From contig DBYI01000102.1 in NCBI GenBank assembly GCA_002310115.1, forward strand, positions 4,732-68,731: a DNA stretch of 64,000 bases, read 5' to 3'. The stretch comes from Ruminococcus flavefaciens (GTDB lineage Bacteria; Bacillota; Clostridia; Oscillospirales; Ruminococcaceae). Of the stretch, positions 28,901-39,214 are shown in pieces (position 1 is the first letter of the stretch; the number at the start of each line of letters is the position of its first letter). The position numbers and the translations under genes were made by a program. The notes beneath the pieces were generated by a model, which made no database searches, was not told the DNA's origin, and was given only the letters and a program-made list of their open reading frames with translations.

Positions 28901-29487
28901 TTCATGTAGTTGGTCTTATTATTACCGGAACCACTCTGCTGGCGAATGCTCCAGTACTGTGGGAAAGTTGCTGTACCATCAAGAGAAGGCTGATTATAAC
29001 GCATTGTCTTAGCAATATCGTATGTATTTCCGTTAAGAGTTACAGTACCCTTTCTCTCAGCGCCGTCTCCGGGTGGACGCCAGTCACCCCAGCCTTCAAC
29101 AATGTAATACTCCATAAGAGGATTTCTAGTCCATCCATAAACGCACATGTAAGAATTTCCTCTTGGAGTGTACTCAACGTCATATGTAAGAACAATATTG
29201 CCAAAAGCCTTGTAGTTCTTCTTCTGGCTATCGAAATTCTTACCCATACGAGCCAGGAAGTTTTCAATGCCGCTCCATGAACAGGTGAAGGAACCTGCGC
29301 CTGGATTCATTGAAGCCTGACCTGTATAATTCTGATTCCACATCTCGTAATCGTAACCGCCAATATTTCCTCTTACCTGCTGATCAGCTCCATTTGCAAC
29401 TGTGGCCGGTATAGCGGGAATACTTGCAGCAATCATCATAGCGGTCGTGCTTGCGCTGACGATCTTCTTGAAGATGCTTTTTTTCAT
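25984..29487 (-). CDS. Cellulosomal multi-catalytic xylanase/esterase: SP-GH11-(Q/N linker)-GH10-(T linker)-dockerin-CBM22-CE4
   Basis: GH11 EYYIVEGWG and LNIEGY; GH10 ENEMKPD, RGHTFVW, DVCNE, ITELDI; dockerin GDGNCDNGIDMADAV; CBM22/CBM4_9-like; CE4 SFDDG, HTQTH, RLPY, LCHE. Confidence 0.92.
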   Translation of the reverse strand: MKKSIFKKIVSASTTAMMIAASIPAIPATVANGADQQVRGNIGGYDYEMWNQNYTGQASMNPGAGSFTCSWSGIENFLARMGKNFDSQKKNYKAFGNIVLTYDVEYTPRGNSYMCVYGWTRNPLMEYYIVEGWGDWRPPGDGAERKGTVTLNGNTYDIAKTMRYNQPSLDGTATFPQYWSIRQQSGSGNNKTNYMKGTIDVSKHFDAWSNAGLDMSGTLYEVSLNIEGYRSNGSANVKSVTVTTNASDDQQQNQNQNQNQNQGWPWGNQQGQEQQNQGNNDTETVEVSGGSEGVKAHQNLNYKYEKGGTGFKDVMGPYFRLGTSVSGNEIGNSQAQQFIKKNYNSVTCENEMKPDSIVAGVNGDNVNISLNNASGILKFAEQNGIGVRGHTFVWYSQTPSSLFQEYGSYVSKDRMNKRLESMIKNTFSAIKSQFPNLNLHSYDVCNELFVNDGGGMRPGYNSNWVKVYGEGNSEFVVNAFKYARQYAPKDCKLYLNDYNEYMSAKTQDLVNMAKTVMKEGDYIDGIGMQAHLDSKYPSASEFETAIKAFESLGLDVQITELDITNSTGSNDKLYPQIFEVAMKHAANISTVTLWGTTDERSWRYRENGGSPLPFNNYQPKSFYNDIIALASKIPAPDATTTTTTTTTTTTTTTTTTTTTTTTTTTVDPKEALNAKVSRWGDGNCDNGIDMADAVIIMQSLANPNKYSLTDQGKYNADVYEAGSGITSNDAYTIQKYLLGSIKTLPESYADSINTVVTEAPKPQTTTTSAPEVVTTTTTKAAAKTIFKSSFDSSSDSWEGRGGASVEVSSDSYYSGKSLYVSGRSQEWNGAAYSLGSDFKAGETYSFSAAVLQQSGNTATLQMSLQQGEGDSATYTSVAKADCKSGEWTKLENTSFTIPENSGDMILYIETIQDSGDLMNFYVDEVVAGTEGVESSVVTGKGVVGEAPKASTGGSTEIQSGKKLCAISFDDGASAQSTSDPGYRIINALIKNNMTATFFNVGSWIKTNQQITYEFENGMEVANHTQTHPHLGSMGSSQIRSEWEQCNSKLKGIIGTEPSHLMRLPYLESNGTVQSALYDIPLISCAIDTEDWNNASKDAIVNKIKSAAQNGSLEGAIVLCHENYATTAAAMEEVLPWLAQNGYQNVNISDMAKAHGKTLAGGQVHTRA
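27493..27573 (-). repeat. Trinucleotide (ACN)n repeat encoding the poly-Thr linker
   Basis: (GTA/GTT)n run on the plus strand. Confidence 0.9.
28701..28740 (-). repeat. Hexamer (CAGAAT)n repeat encoding the QN linker
   Basis: (TTCTGA)n on the plus strand. Confidence 0.85.
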
Positions 29488-30102
29488 GTTGATCATTCCT
29501 CACTTTCCAAATTCGTGATTTTCCATCCTTTTCGCTGAGAAAAAGCGCAAAAGCTCTAAGTCGCTTCTGTGTCCCTCCTCTTTCTCAACTCTTGTCTTTA
29601 TTTTATTACTTTTTTATGAACATTACAAGTCAATTCTTGCTAACAATAACCCCCCCTATTCATTTTTTGCTCTTTTTGCACATTTTAGCTTCTAAAATCG
29701 TGTCATTTTTATGCACTCTCTATTTTTCGTTATATTTCCACACTTTTCTTTACTGCTCATTAGCAAATATCATGATACTATTGTGCTAACCTTCTTTTAT
29801 TATCATTTTGAAACAACGGTTTTTAGCCTCGTCTCTTTCTATACGATTAGTAATCATAATTTTACAAAATACTACCTGAAATCACGTAACATCGGGATTG
29901 TCTGACAAATTCAGCACCACAAAAAATACATTCCGTTAATAGTATTTTCTTCCGATTATCGGTGTGCACAAAAACGCAGTAGATTTCATGTAACTTCCTA
30001 CAAAATTCATTTTTTTTCTTTATTTTTTATTGAAAATGATATATAATAATAGTAGTATATAATTTTGATATACCATTCTGATTTAAAGAGGGGATAGGAA
30101 GT

Positions 30103-32013
30103 ATGGAAAGTGAGAAGACAAAAAAAATAGTCGTCGTCGTATCAGGTCTCGACGAAGAATATCAGTACAATATCTTCAAAGGTATCAATACCTTCGCTTA
30201 TGCTCATAATATGAATATCTCCTACGTCGCCGGCTTCGGCGGGATGGTAGGAAGCCCGACCTTCGACGTTGGTGAAAGCAGCATTTATAACCTCATTGAT
30301 TACACTCAGTTTGACGGAGCCCTTCTTATGACCAACACCTTCGGCGACGCGGAAATGAGAAACCTCATTTTTGCTCGTGTGCTCGCTTCAAAAATACCTG
30401 CAGTGGTCTTCGAGAGTCGTGAAAATCCTGAATTTTACGATATCAGTATTGATAATTTCGGAGTTATGAAAACTCTTGTAAATCATATAATCTGTCACCA
30501 CGGTGCAAAGGTTATAAACTACGTATCCGGACCTCTCGGCAACCCAGAAGGAAAGGCAAGATATGACGCTTTTGTGAGCGCAATGGAAGAAAACGGTCTG
30601 ACCATTGAAAAAGAGCGAATATTCTACGGTGATTTCAAAAGTTATGATGGAAAGCTCGCCGTTGACGATTTCGTAGCTTCCGGACTTGAACTTCCAGATG
30701 CATTTATTTGTGCCAATGACAGTATGGCTCTCACAGTAGCTTCGTCTCTCGAAAAACTGGGGTATAAAATTCCCAACGATGTCATGGTAACCGGATTTGA
30801 CAATACCTTCAGCGCGCGAAACTCCACACCATCTATTACCTCAGTAAAAAGGCCGCTCTTCTTAGCCGGAGAAAAAGCAGCACAGATGATATTCAATGTC
30901 ATAGAGGGACTACCTCAGGAAAAAAGTGTAATTCTCGACGCTGAGCCCGCCTATTACGAAAGCTGCGGATGCTGTAACAACAGTTCTGACGACCTTAAGG
31001 AATACAAAAAACTAACCTACCGCAAATCCGAAGACACGAACAACAATATCCATATGATAAACCGTCTAACTGCAGGTCTTGCAGAAGCTACAACCCCATC
31101 TGAGTTTTTCAGTGTCATCTCCGGACTTATCGGTGAGCTGGACTGTGAAAAATTCTCGCTCTGTCTCTGCGAAGACTGGCAAGATACCTATTCTACTAAA
31201 TCCACTGCCATTATTCAGGCAAGCTATTCTGAGTATATGACAGCCCCTTTCATATGGGACAAGGGTGAACGCAGAAGTGTTAGTTACTTTCAAAGCAGAA
31301 ACATGTTCCCTGAAGGCTTTGAGCAGAGAGGCTGTGTAAACTATTTCCTGCCTCTTCATTTCAGCGATCGATGTCTAGGCTACTATATATTCACAAACAG
31401 CGAATTTCCTACGTACAGTCTTCTCTGCCATACTCTTTCTATGGTGCTGAGTAACTCTCTTGAAAACATCCGCAAACTCACGCATCTTAACAAAGCTATG
31501 GACGAACTGAATCGCCTCTATGTCATGGATCAGCTTTGCAATATATATAACCGCAACGGTTTTATCAATATAGTAGACGATTTGTTCAAGGAGTGTGTTG
31601 CAAAGGGCAGTCAGATTATGATAAGCTTCATAGATTTAGATGGTCTCAAGTATATTAACGACAACTATGGACATAACGAAGGAGATTTCGCAATACAGCG
31701 TTTAGCAAACATTATCCATAACAACTGCGATCATGGATGTATCTGTGCCAGAATCGGTGGCGACGAGTTCGTATGTTTCAATCCGAATGGCACTGAAAGT
31801 GGCGCGATAAACCTTGAACGCAAGATTAATTTAGCCCTTGAAAACATAAACAAGCTCCTTCAGAAGCCATATGTCATTTCCGCAAGCATCGGAAGCGTTG
31901 TCACAGTCGCCAAGACAGGCGATACACTTTACAGCATAGTTAAGCTCGCCGACGATAAGATGTATGAAGTCAAAAAGGCTAAGAAAAAAGCACGCAAATC
32001 AGAAAGAATCTGA
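30103..32013 (+). CDS. Diguanylate cyclase with N-terminal LacI-type sugar-binding (PBP) domain
   Basis: PDAFICANDSMA, VMVTGFDN, PSITSV in a LacI/PBP fold without HTH; D.L..IYNR, DLDGLK.IND.YGH.EGD, RIGGDEF. Confidence 0.9.
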   Translation: MESEKTKKIVVVVSGLDEEYQYNIFKGINTFAYAHNMNISYVAGFGGMVGSPTFDVGESSIYNLIDYTQFDGALLMTNTFGDAEMRNLIFARVLASKIPAVVFESRENPEFYDISIDNFGVMKTLVNHIICHHGAKVINYVSGPLGNPEGKARYDAFVSAMEENGLTIEKERIFYGDFKSYDGKLAVDDFVASGLELPDAFICANDSMALTVASSLEKLGYKIPNDVMVTGFDNTFSARNSTPSITSVKRPLFLAGEKAAQMIFNVIEGLPQEKSVILDAEPAYYESCGCCNNSSDDLKEYKKLTYRKSEDTNNNIHMINRLTAGLAEATTPSEFFSVISGLIGELDCEKFSLCLCEDWQDTYSTKSTAIIQASYSEYMTAPFIWDKGERRSVSYFQSRNMFPEGFEQRGCVNYFLPLHFSDRCLGYYIFTNSEFPTYSLLCHTLSMVLSNSLENIRKLTHLNKAMDELNRLYVMDQLCNIYNRNGFINIVDDLFKECVAKGSQIMISFIDLDGLKYINDNYGHNEGDFAIQRLANIIHNNCDHGCICARIGGDEFVCFNPNGTESGAINLERKINLALENINKLLQKPYVISASIGSVVTVAKTGDTLYSIVKLADDKMYEVKKAKKKARKSERI

Positions 32014-32050
32014 TTTATTTTGAAAGCCACCGCAATTGCAGTGGCTTTTC

Positions 32051-32452
32051 TTATGTCTTTCTGAAACCTACGCACTGTACAGCAGCAATCGGATTATCTC
32101 TTTCGTCCCTTATCTCGACATTGTAGCAGCATATAGTCCTGCCATCCTTTATTAGCTTTGCCTCAGCGATGATACGTTTTGTTTTTGGAACTCCAATAAA
32201 TGAAGCGTCACAGTTTAGCCCCACAACTCCAGGCTGCTGCCAGTTTGAAGCAACTGCGAATGCAAAATCCGCAAGAGTGAAGTAGACTCCGCCCATTATT
32301 CCTCCAACCGCGTTTTTGTGGTGTTCGTTTATTTCTAGGCTTACCTTTGAGTAATGGTCTCCCAACTCATCGATGACAGCCCCCATTTCCGTTGCAAAAC
32401 GATCGTTTTTAAATATATCTCTTACTTTTTCAAGTGTTTCTTTATCAGCCAA
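32051..32452 (-). CDS. PaaI family thioesterase
   Basis: Hotdog motif H.NAVG.IMGGVYFTLAD; TTG start. Confidence 0.85.
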   Translation of the reverse strand: MADKETLEKVRDIFKNDRFATEMGAVIDELGDHYSKVSLEINEHHKNAVGGIMGGVYFTLADFAFAVASNWQQPGVVGLNCDASFIGVPKTKRIIAEAKLIKDGRTICCYNVEIRDERDNPIAAVQCVGFRKT

Positions 32453-32455
32453 AGA

Positions 32456-33019
32456 TTATCTCCTCCTTTCGTATTCTTCCCTTAATATCGAAAAATATAG
32501 TCTTCCTACGTACTTTCCGCTCATGAAGAAATAGTCTCTAAGAGTTCCTTCATAGGTAAAGCCACACTTCTCTATAACCTTTTTAGACGGTGCATTGATA
32601 GTTTTCGTGCATATCTGTACCTTATGCAGATTCATTTTATCAAATCCGAAGGCAATAACAGACTTTGCAGCTTCTGTGCAGTATCCCCTGCACTGAAAAT
32701 CGGCTCCAATGCAGTACTCTATCTCGGCAAAGTGATTCTTACTGTCAACAAGAAAATAGGCTATCTGACCTATGCACTCTCCATTTTCCTTATCTACAAT
32801 CGCCCAGCGATAGTAATCCTCACGTTCATAGTTACCGATATACTTGTCAAGAAGACCGTTGACTTCTTCTAATGTGTGATAAGTCGGCTCTGAGTACATA
32901 GTCTGCACTTTTTCATCGCTCGCCCAGTTTCTGAATACCGCGTCACAGTCTGTATATTCAAATTGCCTAAGTATTAGTCTTTCTGTCTCTATTGTCTGTG
33001 TACCTATATGTGTCAGCAT
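32456..33019 (-). CDS. GNAT acetyltransferase (RimJ/RimL-like)
   Basis: ETERLILR, EI.YCI....RGYCTEA, N.PS..V.EKCGF..EG..R. Confidence 0.88.
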   Translation of the reverse strand: MLTHIGTQTIETERLILRQFEYTDCDAVFRNWASDEKVQTMYSEPTYHTLEEVNGLLDKYIGNYEREDYYRWAIVDKENGECIGQIAYFLVDSKNHFAEIEYCIGADFQCRGYCTEAAKSVIAFGFDKMNLHKVQICTKTINAPSKKVIEKCGFTYEGTLRDYFFMSGKYVGRLYFSILREEYERRR

Positions 33020-33082
33020 ATTGTTCTCCTGTCGTAAAAATTCTTTCCCCTGATATATTAGCTATATCAGGGGAATTGTCTA

Positions 33083-33832
33083 TCATACAAGTTTTGACAT
33101 ATCATAAAGTCCTGCGGGTTGATCCTTTAGGAAAAGAGCCGCATTAATAGCTCCCTCTGCGAAAACGCTCTTGGAAGCTGCAGAATGCGAAAGTGTAAGC
33201 ACTTCATCATGTCCTGCAAATATAACATCATGTTCTCCTACAATAGTACCACCACGAATAGAGTGCATACCTATCTCTGTCTTTTCGCGCTTCTGACGGC
33301 GTGAATGGCGATCGTATACAAAATGCTTTGAATTGTCAAGTGTCTCGTTAATAGCGTCAGCAAGCATAATGGCAGTACCGCTGGGTGCGTCCACCTTCTG
33401 ATTGTGATGCTTCTCAACTATCTCAATGTCAAACTGATTGCCAAGTATTGAAGCTGCCTTCTTTGCAAGTTGTACCAGAAGATTGATACCAAGTGACATA
33501 TTGAAAGTAAAGAATATCGGTACCTGATTGGCTGCCGACTTTATCTTTGCTGTCTGAGCATCGTTATAGCCTGTAGAACCTATAACTATAGGAGTTCCTG
33601 TAGACAAACAATATTCGATAAGTCCGTCAAGTCCGGCAGGATTGGAGAAATCAATGATAACGTCGGGCTTTACAGGTAGTTGTGCAGGTGTTTCAACTAT
33701 AGGAAAATCCGCATACTGTTCGGTGTACATATCAATACCTGCAACTACCTCACAGTCATCACGCTCTTTGATACAGTTGTAAATTGTCTTTCCCATCTTG
33801 CCGTTAGCGCCGCAAATTGCTATATTTGTCAT
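33083..33832 (-). CDS. dapB: 4-hydroxy-tetrahydrodipicolinate reductase
   Basis: GANGKMG, DFS, EKHHNQKVDAPSGTA, RGG.IVGEH. Confidence 0.97.
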   Translation of the reverse strand: MTNIAICGANGKMGKTIYNCIKERDDCEVVAGIDMYTEQYADFPIVETPAQLPVKPDVIIDFSNPAGLDGLIEYCLSTGTPIVIGSTGYNDAQTAKIKSAANQVPIFFTFNMSLGINLLVQLAKKAASILGNQFDIEIVEKHHNQKVDAPSGTAIMLADAINETLDNSKHFVYDRHSRRQKREKTEIGMHSIRGGTIVGEHDVIFAGHDEVLTLSHSAASKSVFAEGAINAALFLKDQPAGLYDMSKLV

Positions 33833-33869
33833 AATTTGCACTTCCTTTGTTTTAAGTTATATGATGATA

Positions 33870-34760
33870 TTACTTGATAAGGTTATGCTTTATCAGTGTA
33901 GTTTTGAGCTTTGTCCTGTGCTCATCAGTCATCTCACAGAGAGGTAAACGGCATGGACCTGCGTTCCAGCCCACCATATTCATGGCTTCTTTGACAGGTA
34001 TCGGATTTACTTCGATAAACAAGTCGTTTATAAGGTCGAGATACTTCAGCTGGAGCTTCATAGCATCCTTGAAGTTGTTATCAAGACAGAGCTGCACCAT
34101 ATCATGCATTTCCTTTGGTATAACATGCGAAGCTACTGATATTACTCCTTTTCCACCGAGAGCCATAACAGGAACTACCATATCGTCGTTGCCACTGTAA
34201 ATGTCAATATTATCTCCGCACTCGGCAGCTATCTTCGCAACATAGCTGATATTGCCACTTGCCTCCTTGATTGCAGCGATGTTTCTGTGCTTTGCAAGCT
34301 CCTTAACTGTTGCAACTTCAAATCCACAACCCGTTCTGCTGGGAACGTTGTAAAGAATAATCGGGATATTTACCGCATCAGCAATTGCAGTAAAGTGAGC
34401 GATAAGTCCCTTTTGAGAAGCCTTATTGTAATATGGAGTAACATGGAGCAAAGCATCTGCACCTGCTGCCTCAGCTTCCTTTGAAAGTTCTACAGCATAG
34501 TGAGTATCATTGCTGCCTGCACCTGCGATAACCGGAACTCTGCCGGCAGTGTGCTTAACAGCAAACTTGATACAGTCGCGATGCTCCTCATCTGTCATGG
34601 TAGCAGACTCGCCCGTAGTACCGCAGATAACAATAGCATCAGTGCCCTTTTCGATCTGATCATCGATAACACGGCCAAGCTCATCATAGTTTATTGAACC
34701 GTCGCTGTTCATAGGGGTTATGATAGCTACAGCGGCGCCTGTGAAAATAGTGTTCTTCAT
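33870..34760 (-). CDS. dapA: 4-hydroxy-tetrahydrodipicolinate synthase
   Basis: GTTGES, TPYYNK, YNVPSRT, IKEASG, NPIPVK. Confidence 0.97.
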   Translation of the reverse strand: MKNTIFTGAAVAIITPMNSDGSINYDELGRVIDDQIEKGTDAIVICGTTGESATMTDEEHRDCIKFAVKHTAGRVPVIAGAGSNDTHYAVELSKEAEAAGADALLHVTPYYNKASQKGLIAHFTAIADAVNIPIILYNVPSRTGCGFEVATVKELAKHRNIAAIKEASGNISYVAKIAAECGDNIDIYSGNDDMVVPVMALGGKGVISVASHVIPKEMHDMVQLCLDNNFKDAMKLQLKYLDLINDLFIEVNPIPVKEAMNMVGWNAGPCRLPLCEMTDEHRTKLKTTLIKHNLIK

Positions 34761-34884
34761 AGCTTTATTCCTTTCGTAAAAGTGGAATTCAAGGGAAAAC
34801 GTCCCAACGTCCTCTTCTATACTTATTAATTTTCGAGGAAGGTCGAAAGCGACGTTAACCGCATAAGAATTATTACAATACTAA

Positions 34885-35964
34885 TTAATCAAAGTAACCT
34901 TTCGCAGCAAGAAGCTCTGCAAGCAGAACACCACCGCCTGCTGCACCTCTTAATGTATTGTGCGAGAGACATACGAATTTGTAATCGTACTGTGTGTCCT
35001 CACGAAGTCGTCCAGTTGATACTGCCATACCACCCTCAAGGTTTCTGTCCAGCTTAGCCTGCGGACGATCATTCTCCTCGAAATAATGTATGAACTGCTT
35101 TGGAGCGCTGGGAAGCTCAAGTTCCTGAGGAACGCCCTTGAAATCAGCCCATAGCTTAAGTATCTCTTCCTTTGAAGGTTTATTATCAAAACTAACGAAA
35201 ACAGCAGCTGTATGACCGTCAGACACAGGAACACGAAGGCACTGAGTCGTGATATTAGGTGTTGTCGCCTTAACTATCTCGTTACCCTTGATCTCTCCCC
35301 ATACCTTGAGAGGCTCCTGCTCAGACTTTTCCTCCTCACCCCCAATATATGGGATAAGGTTATCAACCATTTCAGGCCATGTCTCAAAGTTCTTGCCTGC
35401 GCCTGATATTGCCTGGTATGTACAAGCGAGGACATTCTTAAGGCCAAACTTTCTTAATGGGTGAAGTGCGGGAACATAGCTCTGTATTGAACAGTTTGAC
35501 TTTACAGCAATAAATCCTCTCTTTGTGCCGAGGCGCTCACGCTGAGCCTTGATTATCTCGATATGCTCAGGGTTTATTTCCGGAACAACCATAGGAACGT
35601 CAGGAGTAAATCTGTGGGCAGAGTTGTTTGAAACGATAGGGCACTCAGCTTTTGCGTATGCCTCCTCAAGAGCTTTTATCTCATCCTTCTTCATATCAAC
35701 TGCACAGAAGCAGAAATCAACCATGCCTGCGATCTTTTCAATATCGCCTGTAGCATCCATAAGAACCATATTCTTCATGGATGCAGGCATAGGAACCGTC
35801 ATCTTCCAGCGACTTCCAGCAGCCTGCTCATATGTCTGACCAGCACTTCTAGGCGAAGCAGCCAGAACTTTTACGTTAAACCACGGGTGATTTTCTAGAA
35901 GCGTAGCAAAACGCTGTCCTACCATGCCCGTTGCGCCAATAATACCTACGTTATACTGTTTCAT
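34885..35964 (-). CDS. asd: Aspartate-semialdehyde dehydrogenase
   Basis: GATGMVGQR, VVPEIN, SNC, QAISGAG, RVPV.DGH, HNTLRGAAGG; start MKQYN after AGGAG. Confidence 0.97.
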   Translation of the reverse strand: MKQYNVGIIGATGMVGQRFATLLENHPWFNVKVLAASPRSAGQTYEQAAGSRWKMTVPMPASMKNMVLMDATGDIEKIAGMVDFCFCAVDMKKDEIKALEEAYAKAECPIVSNNSAHRFTPDVPMVVPEINPEHIEIIKAQRERLGTKRGFIAVKSNCSIQSYVPALHPLRKFGLKNVLACTYQAISGAGKNFETWPEMVDNLIPYIGGEEEKSEQEPLKVWGEIKGNEIVKATTPNITTQCLRVPVSDGHTAAVFVSFDNKPSKEEILKLWADFKGVPQELELPSAPKQFIHYFEENDRPQAKLDRNLEGGMAVSTGRLREDTQYDYKFVCLSHNTLRGAAGGGVLLAELLAAKGYFD

Positions 35965-35998
35965 ACTTATCTCTCCTTGAAAAATTTTTCCATAAAAT

Positions 35999-36021
35999 AA
36001 CAAAAACCGGTTGCAAACCGG
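35999..36021 (-). terminator. Expression-platform terminator of the lysine riboswitch
   Basis: CCGGTT-TGC-AACCGG plus TTTTTGTT between the aptamer and asd. Confidence 0.6.
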
Positions 36022-36072
36022 CTCATCATGCGTTATAATAGAAATGTTGACATATCAGTTTGGAATAATATG

Positions 36073-36238
36073 CCGATAGCTCTCCATCAAAAGCATGATG
36101 ACAGCTGCAAGCCTGTTTAGCATACAGCCAGAACTGAATTTACCAAAGACAGCCCTTCGGCGGCATTGCCTTTCGCTGAACACCATCGGACGGGTCGTCC
36201 CGTGTGCAGGTACTTTTCGCAGCCGCGCCTCTACCTTG
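36073..36238 (-). ncRNA. Lysine riboswitch (L-box)
   Basis: AGAGGCGC...AGTA...GAAAGG...GCCGAA...CTGTC...GGAGAGCTA conserved elements, upstream of asd-dapA-dapB. Confidence 0.92.
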
Positions 36239-36552
36239 TAATTATAATAGCACTTAAAATAGCTATTGTCAATACATTCTTGAAAAATTTTCTCATATTC
36301 TCGGCTGTAATAGGAATATATGAAATATTCCAAATCCGAAAGAAACGAGAAAGCTATGTATCTCTTACGTTAAATCCAAACGCAAAACATTTGTCAAAGT
36401 AAGAATACAAAATGTTGTTAGCTGTTAGCAATGTATTTAGTCGCACAGCTACATTCGCAGTAGAATAATACAGATTGTAGTGAAACGATGCATATATAAC
36501 TTTCAGCAAACTAAATGCTGTGGGCTAAATGATTAACCCAAAGGAGATATTA

Positions 36553-37584
36553 ATGGAACTTCTAAAATCCGATTTTTACTATGAGCTTCCAGAGGAACTC
36601 ATAGCCCAGACACCCATAGAACCGCGAAACGCGTCTCGAATGATGTGCGTTGACAGAAGAACGGGAGAAATAACTCACGACCACTTCTATAATCTATGCA
36701 ACCACCTTAAAGAAGGTGACTTGCTGGTAATGAACGACTCAAGAGTTATCCCTGCGAGGCTATATGGTGAGAAAATAGGCAATCAGACCTTTATCGAGTT
36801 TCTGCTACTGGAACAGAAAGGCGACAAGATGTGGGAAATAATCTGCCGTCCGGGAAAGAAAGCAAAAGTGGGTACTCGTTTTTTATTTGGTGGTGGACGG
36901 CTCACAGCCGAGGTCGTTGAAGTAAAGGACGACGGTAATCGCATAGTACAGTTTCAATGCGATGGCAACTTCTTCACAGCTCTGGAGGATGTTGGACAAA
37001 TGCCGCTCCCTCCATACATTAAGGAAAAGCTTGAAAACCGCGAGCGCTACCAGACAGTATATTCACGAGAACTTGGCTCTGCAGCTGCTCCTACGGCAGG
37101 ACTTCACTTCACTCCCGAAATGCTGGACGATATACGCTCACGCGGCATAAAGACAGCTTTTGTGACACTCCATGTAGGACTTGGCACATTTCGTCCCGTT
37201 AAAGAGGATAACGTTCTCAACCACAAAATGCACAGCGAGCACTACTACCTCCCGAAGAAAACTGCCGACCTTATAAACGAGACAAAGAAAAACGGTGGCA
37301 GAGTTATCGCAGTTGGCACCACTACCTGCCGGACACTTGAAAGTGTTGCTTCATTTTACGGGAATATTTCCGAACGCGAGGGATATACAGACATCTTCAT
37401 CTACCCCTCCTATGAATTCAAGTGCATAGACGGACTTATCACAAACTTTCATCTACCCGAAAGCACACTGATAATGCTGGTATCAGCGTTCATGGGTTAC
37501 GAAAACACCATGAATGCATACAAAACCGCTGTTGAAGAACGCTACCGTTTTTTCAGCTTTGGCGACAGTATGTGTATACTGTAA
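36553..37584 (+). CDS. queA: S-adenosylmethionine:tRNA ribosyltransferase-isomerase
   Basis: [43 protein letters not shown]. Confidence 0.97.
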   Translation: MELLKSDFYYELPEELIAQTPIEPRNASRMMCVDRRTGEITHDHFYNLCNHLKEGDLLVMNDSRVIPARLYGEKIGNQTFIEFLLLEQKGDKMWEIICRPGKKAKVGTRFLFGGGRLTAEVVEVKDDGNRIVQFQCDGNFFTALEDVGQMPLPPYIKEKLENRERYQTVYSRELGSAAAPTAGLHFTPEMLDDIRSRGIKTAFVTLHVGLGTFRPVKEDNVLNHKMHSEHYYLPKKTADLINETKKNGGRVIAVGTTTCRTLESVASFYGNISEREGYTDIFIYPSYEFKCIDGLITNFHLPESTLIMLVSAFMGYENTMNAYKTAVEERYRFFSFGDSMCIL

Positions 37585-37622
37585 AATAAATATAAAAAGA
37601 AAAAATATTGAGGAGATATATA

Positions 37623-38000
37623 ATGGCTGATTTAGAACTTTTTGATTTTTTCAAGGGTATAATCGATTCCGAAGAGGGACCTATAATACTAAGCAATCTT
37701 GATTACAGGGTGATATATGAAAATTCCTCTGCAAAAAAGTATTATGCTCCTGTATCACCTCTCACCGGCAAGCTTCTGTCCACCCTTATGGACGATGAAA
37801 TGATGAGCAAAGTGGTAATGAGCGTTGAATGGTTCAAGGAGGATAAGAATAACAATAAAGTCTTTGCGTTTCACGACAAGACAAACAATATGGATATGTA
37901 CATTCTTGCCATAAGGAACACCGAAGGAAAGCTTATCGGCTTCTACGGACGCCGTGAGGACAGAACCCCGGATTCAGGAAAGGAATTCGATCTTGACTGA
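37623..38000 (+). CDS. Stand-alone PAS-like domain protein
   Basis: IID....PI...N....VIY.N..A...Y and AIRN..G.LIG PAS-like pattern; SD GAGGAG. Confidence 0.6.
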   Translation: MADLELFDFFKGIIDSEEGPIILSNLDYRVIYENSSAKKYYAPVSPLTGKLLSTLMDDEMMSKVVMSVEWFKEDKNNNKVFAFHDKTNNMDMYILAIRNTEGKLIGFYGRREDRTPDSGKEFDLD

Positions 38001-39179
<1,179 letters not shown>

Positions 39180-39214
39180 TAACGGCTTTTTGCCGATAAA
39201 CGGACGGAGTTTAT

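Noticed and set aside
29500..30100. c-di-GMP riboswitch between the xylanase and DGC
   Set aside because: No GEMM-type consensus visible on either strand
36300..36552. preQ1 riboswitch upstream of queA
   Set aside because: No recognisable preQ1 aptamer consensus
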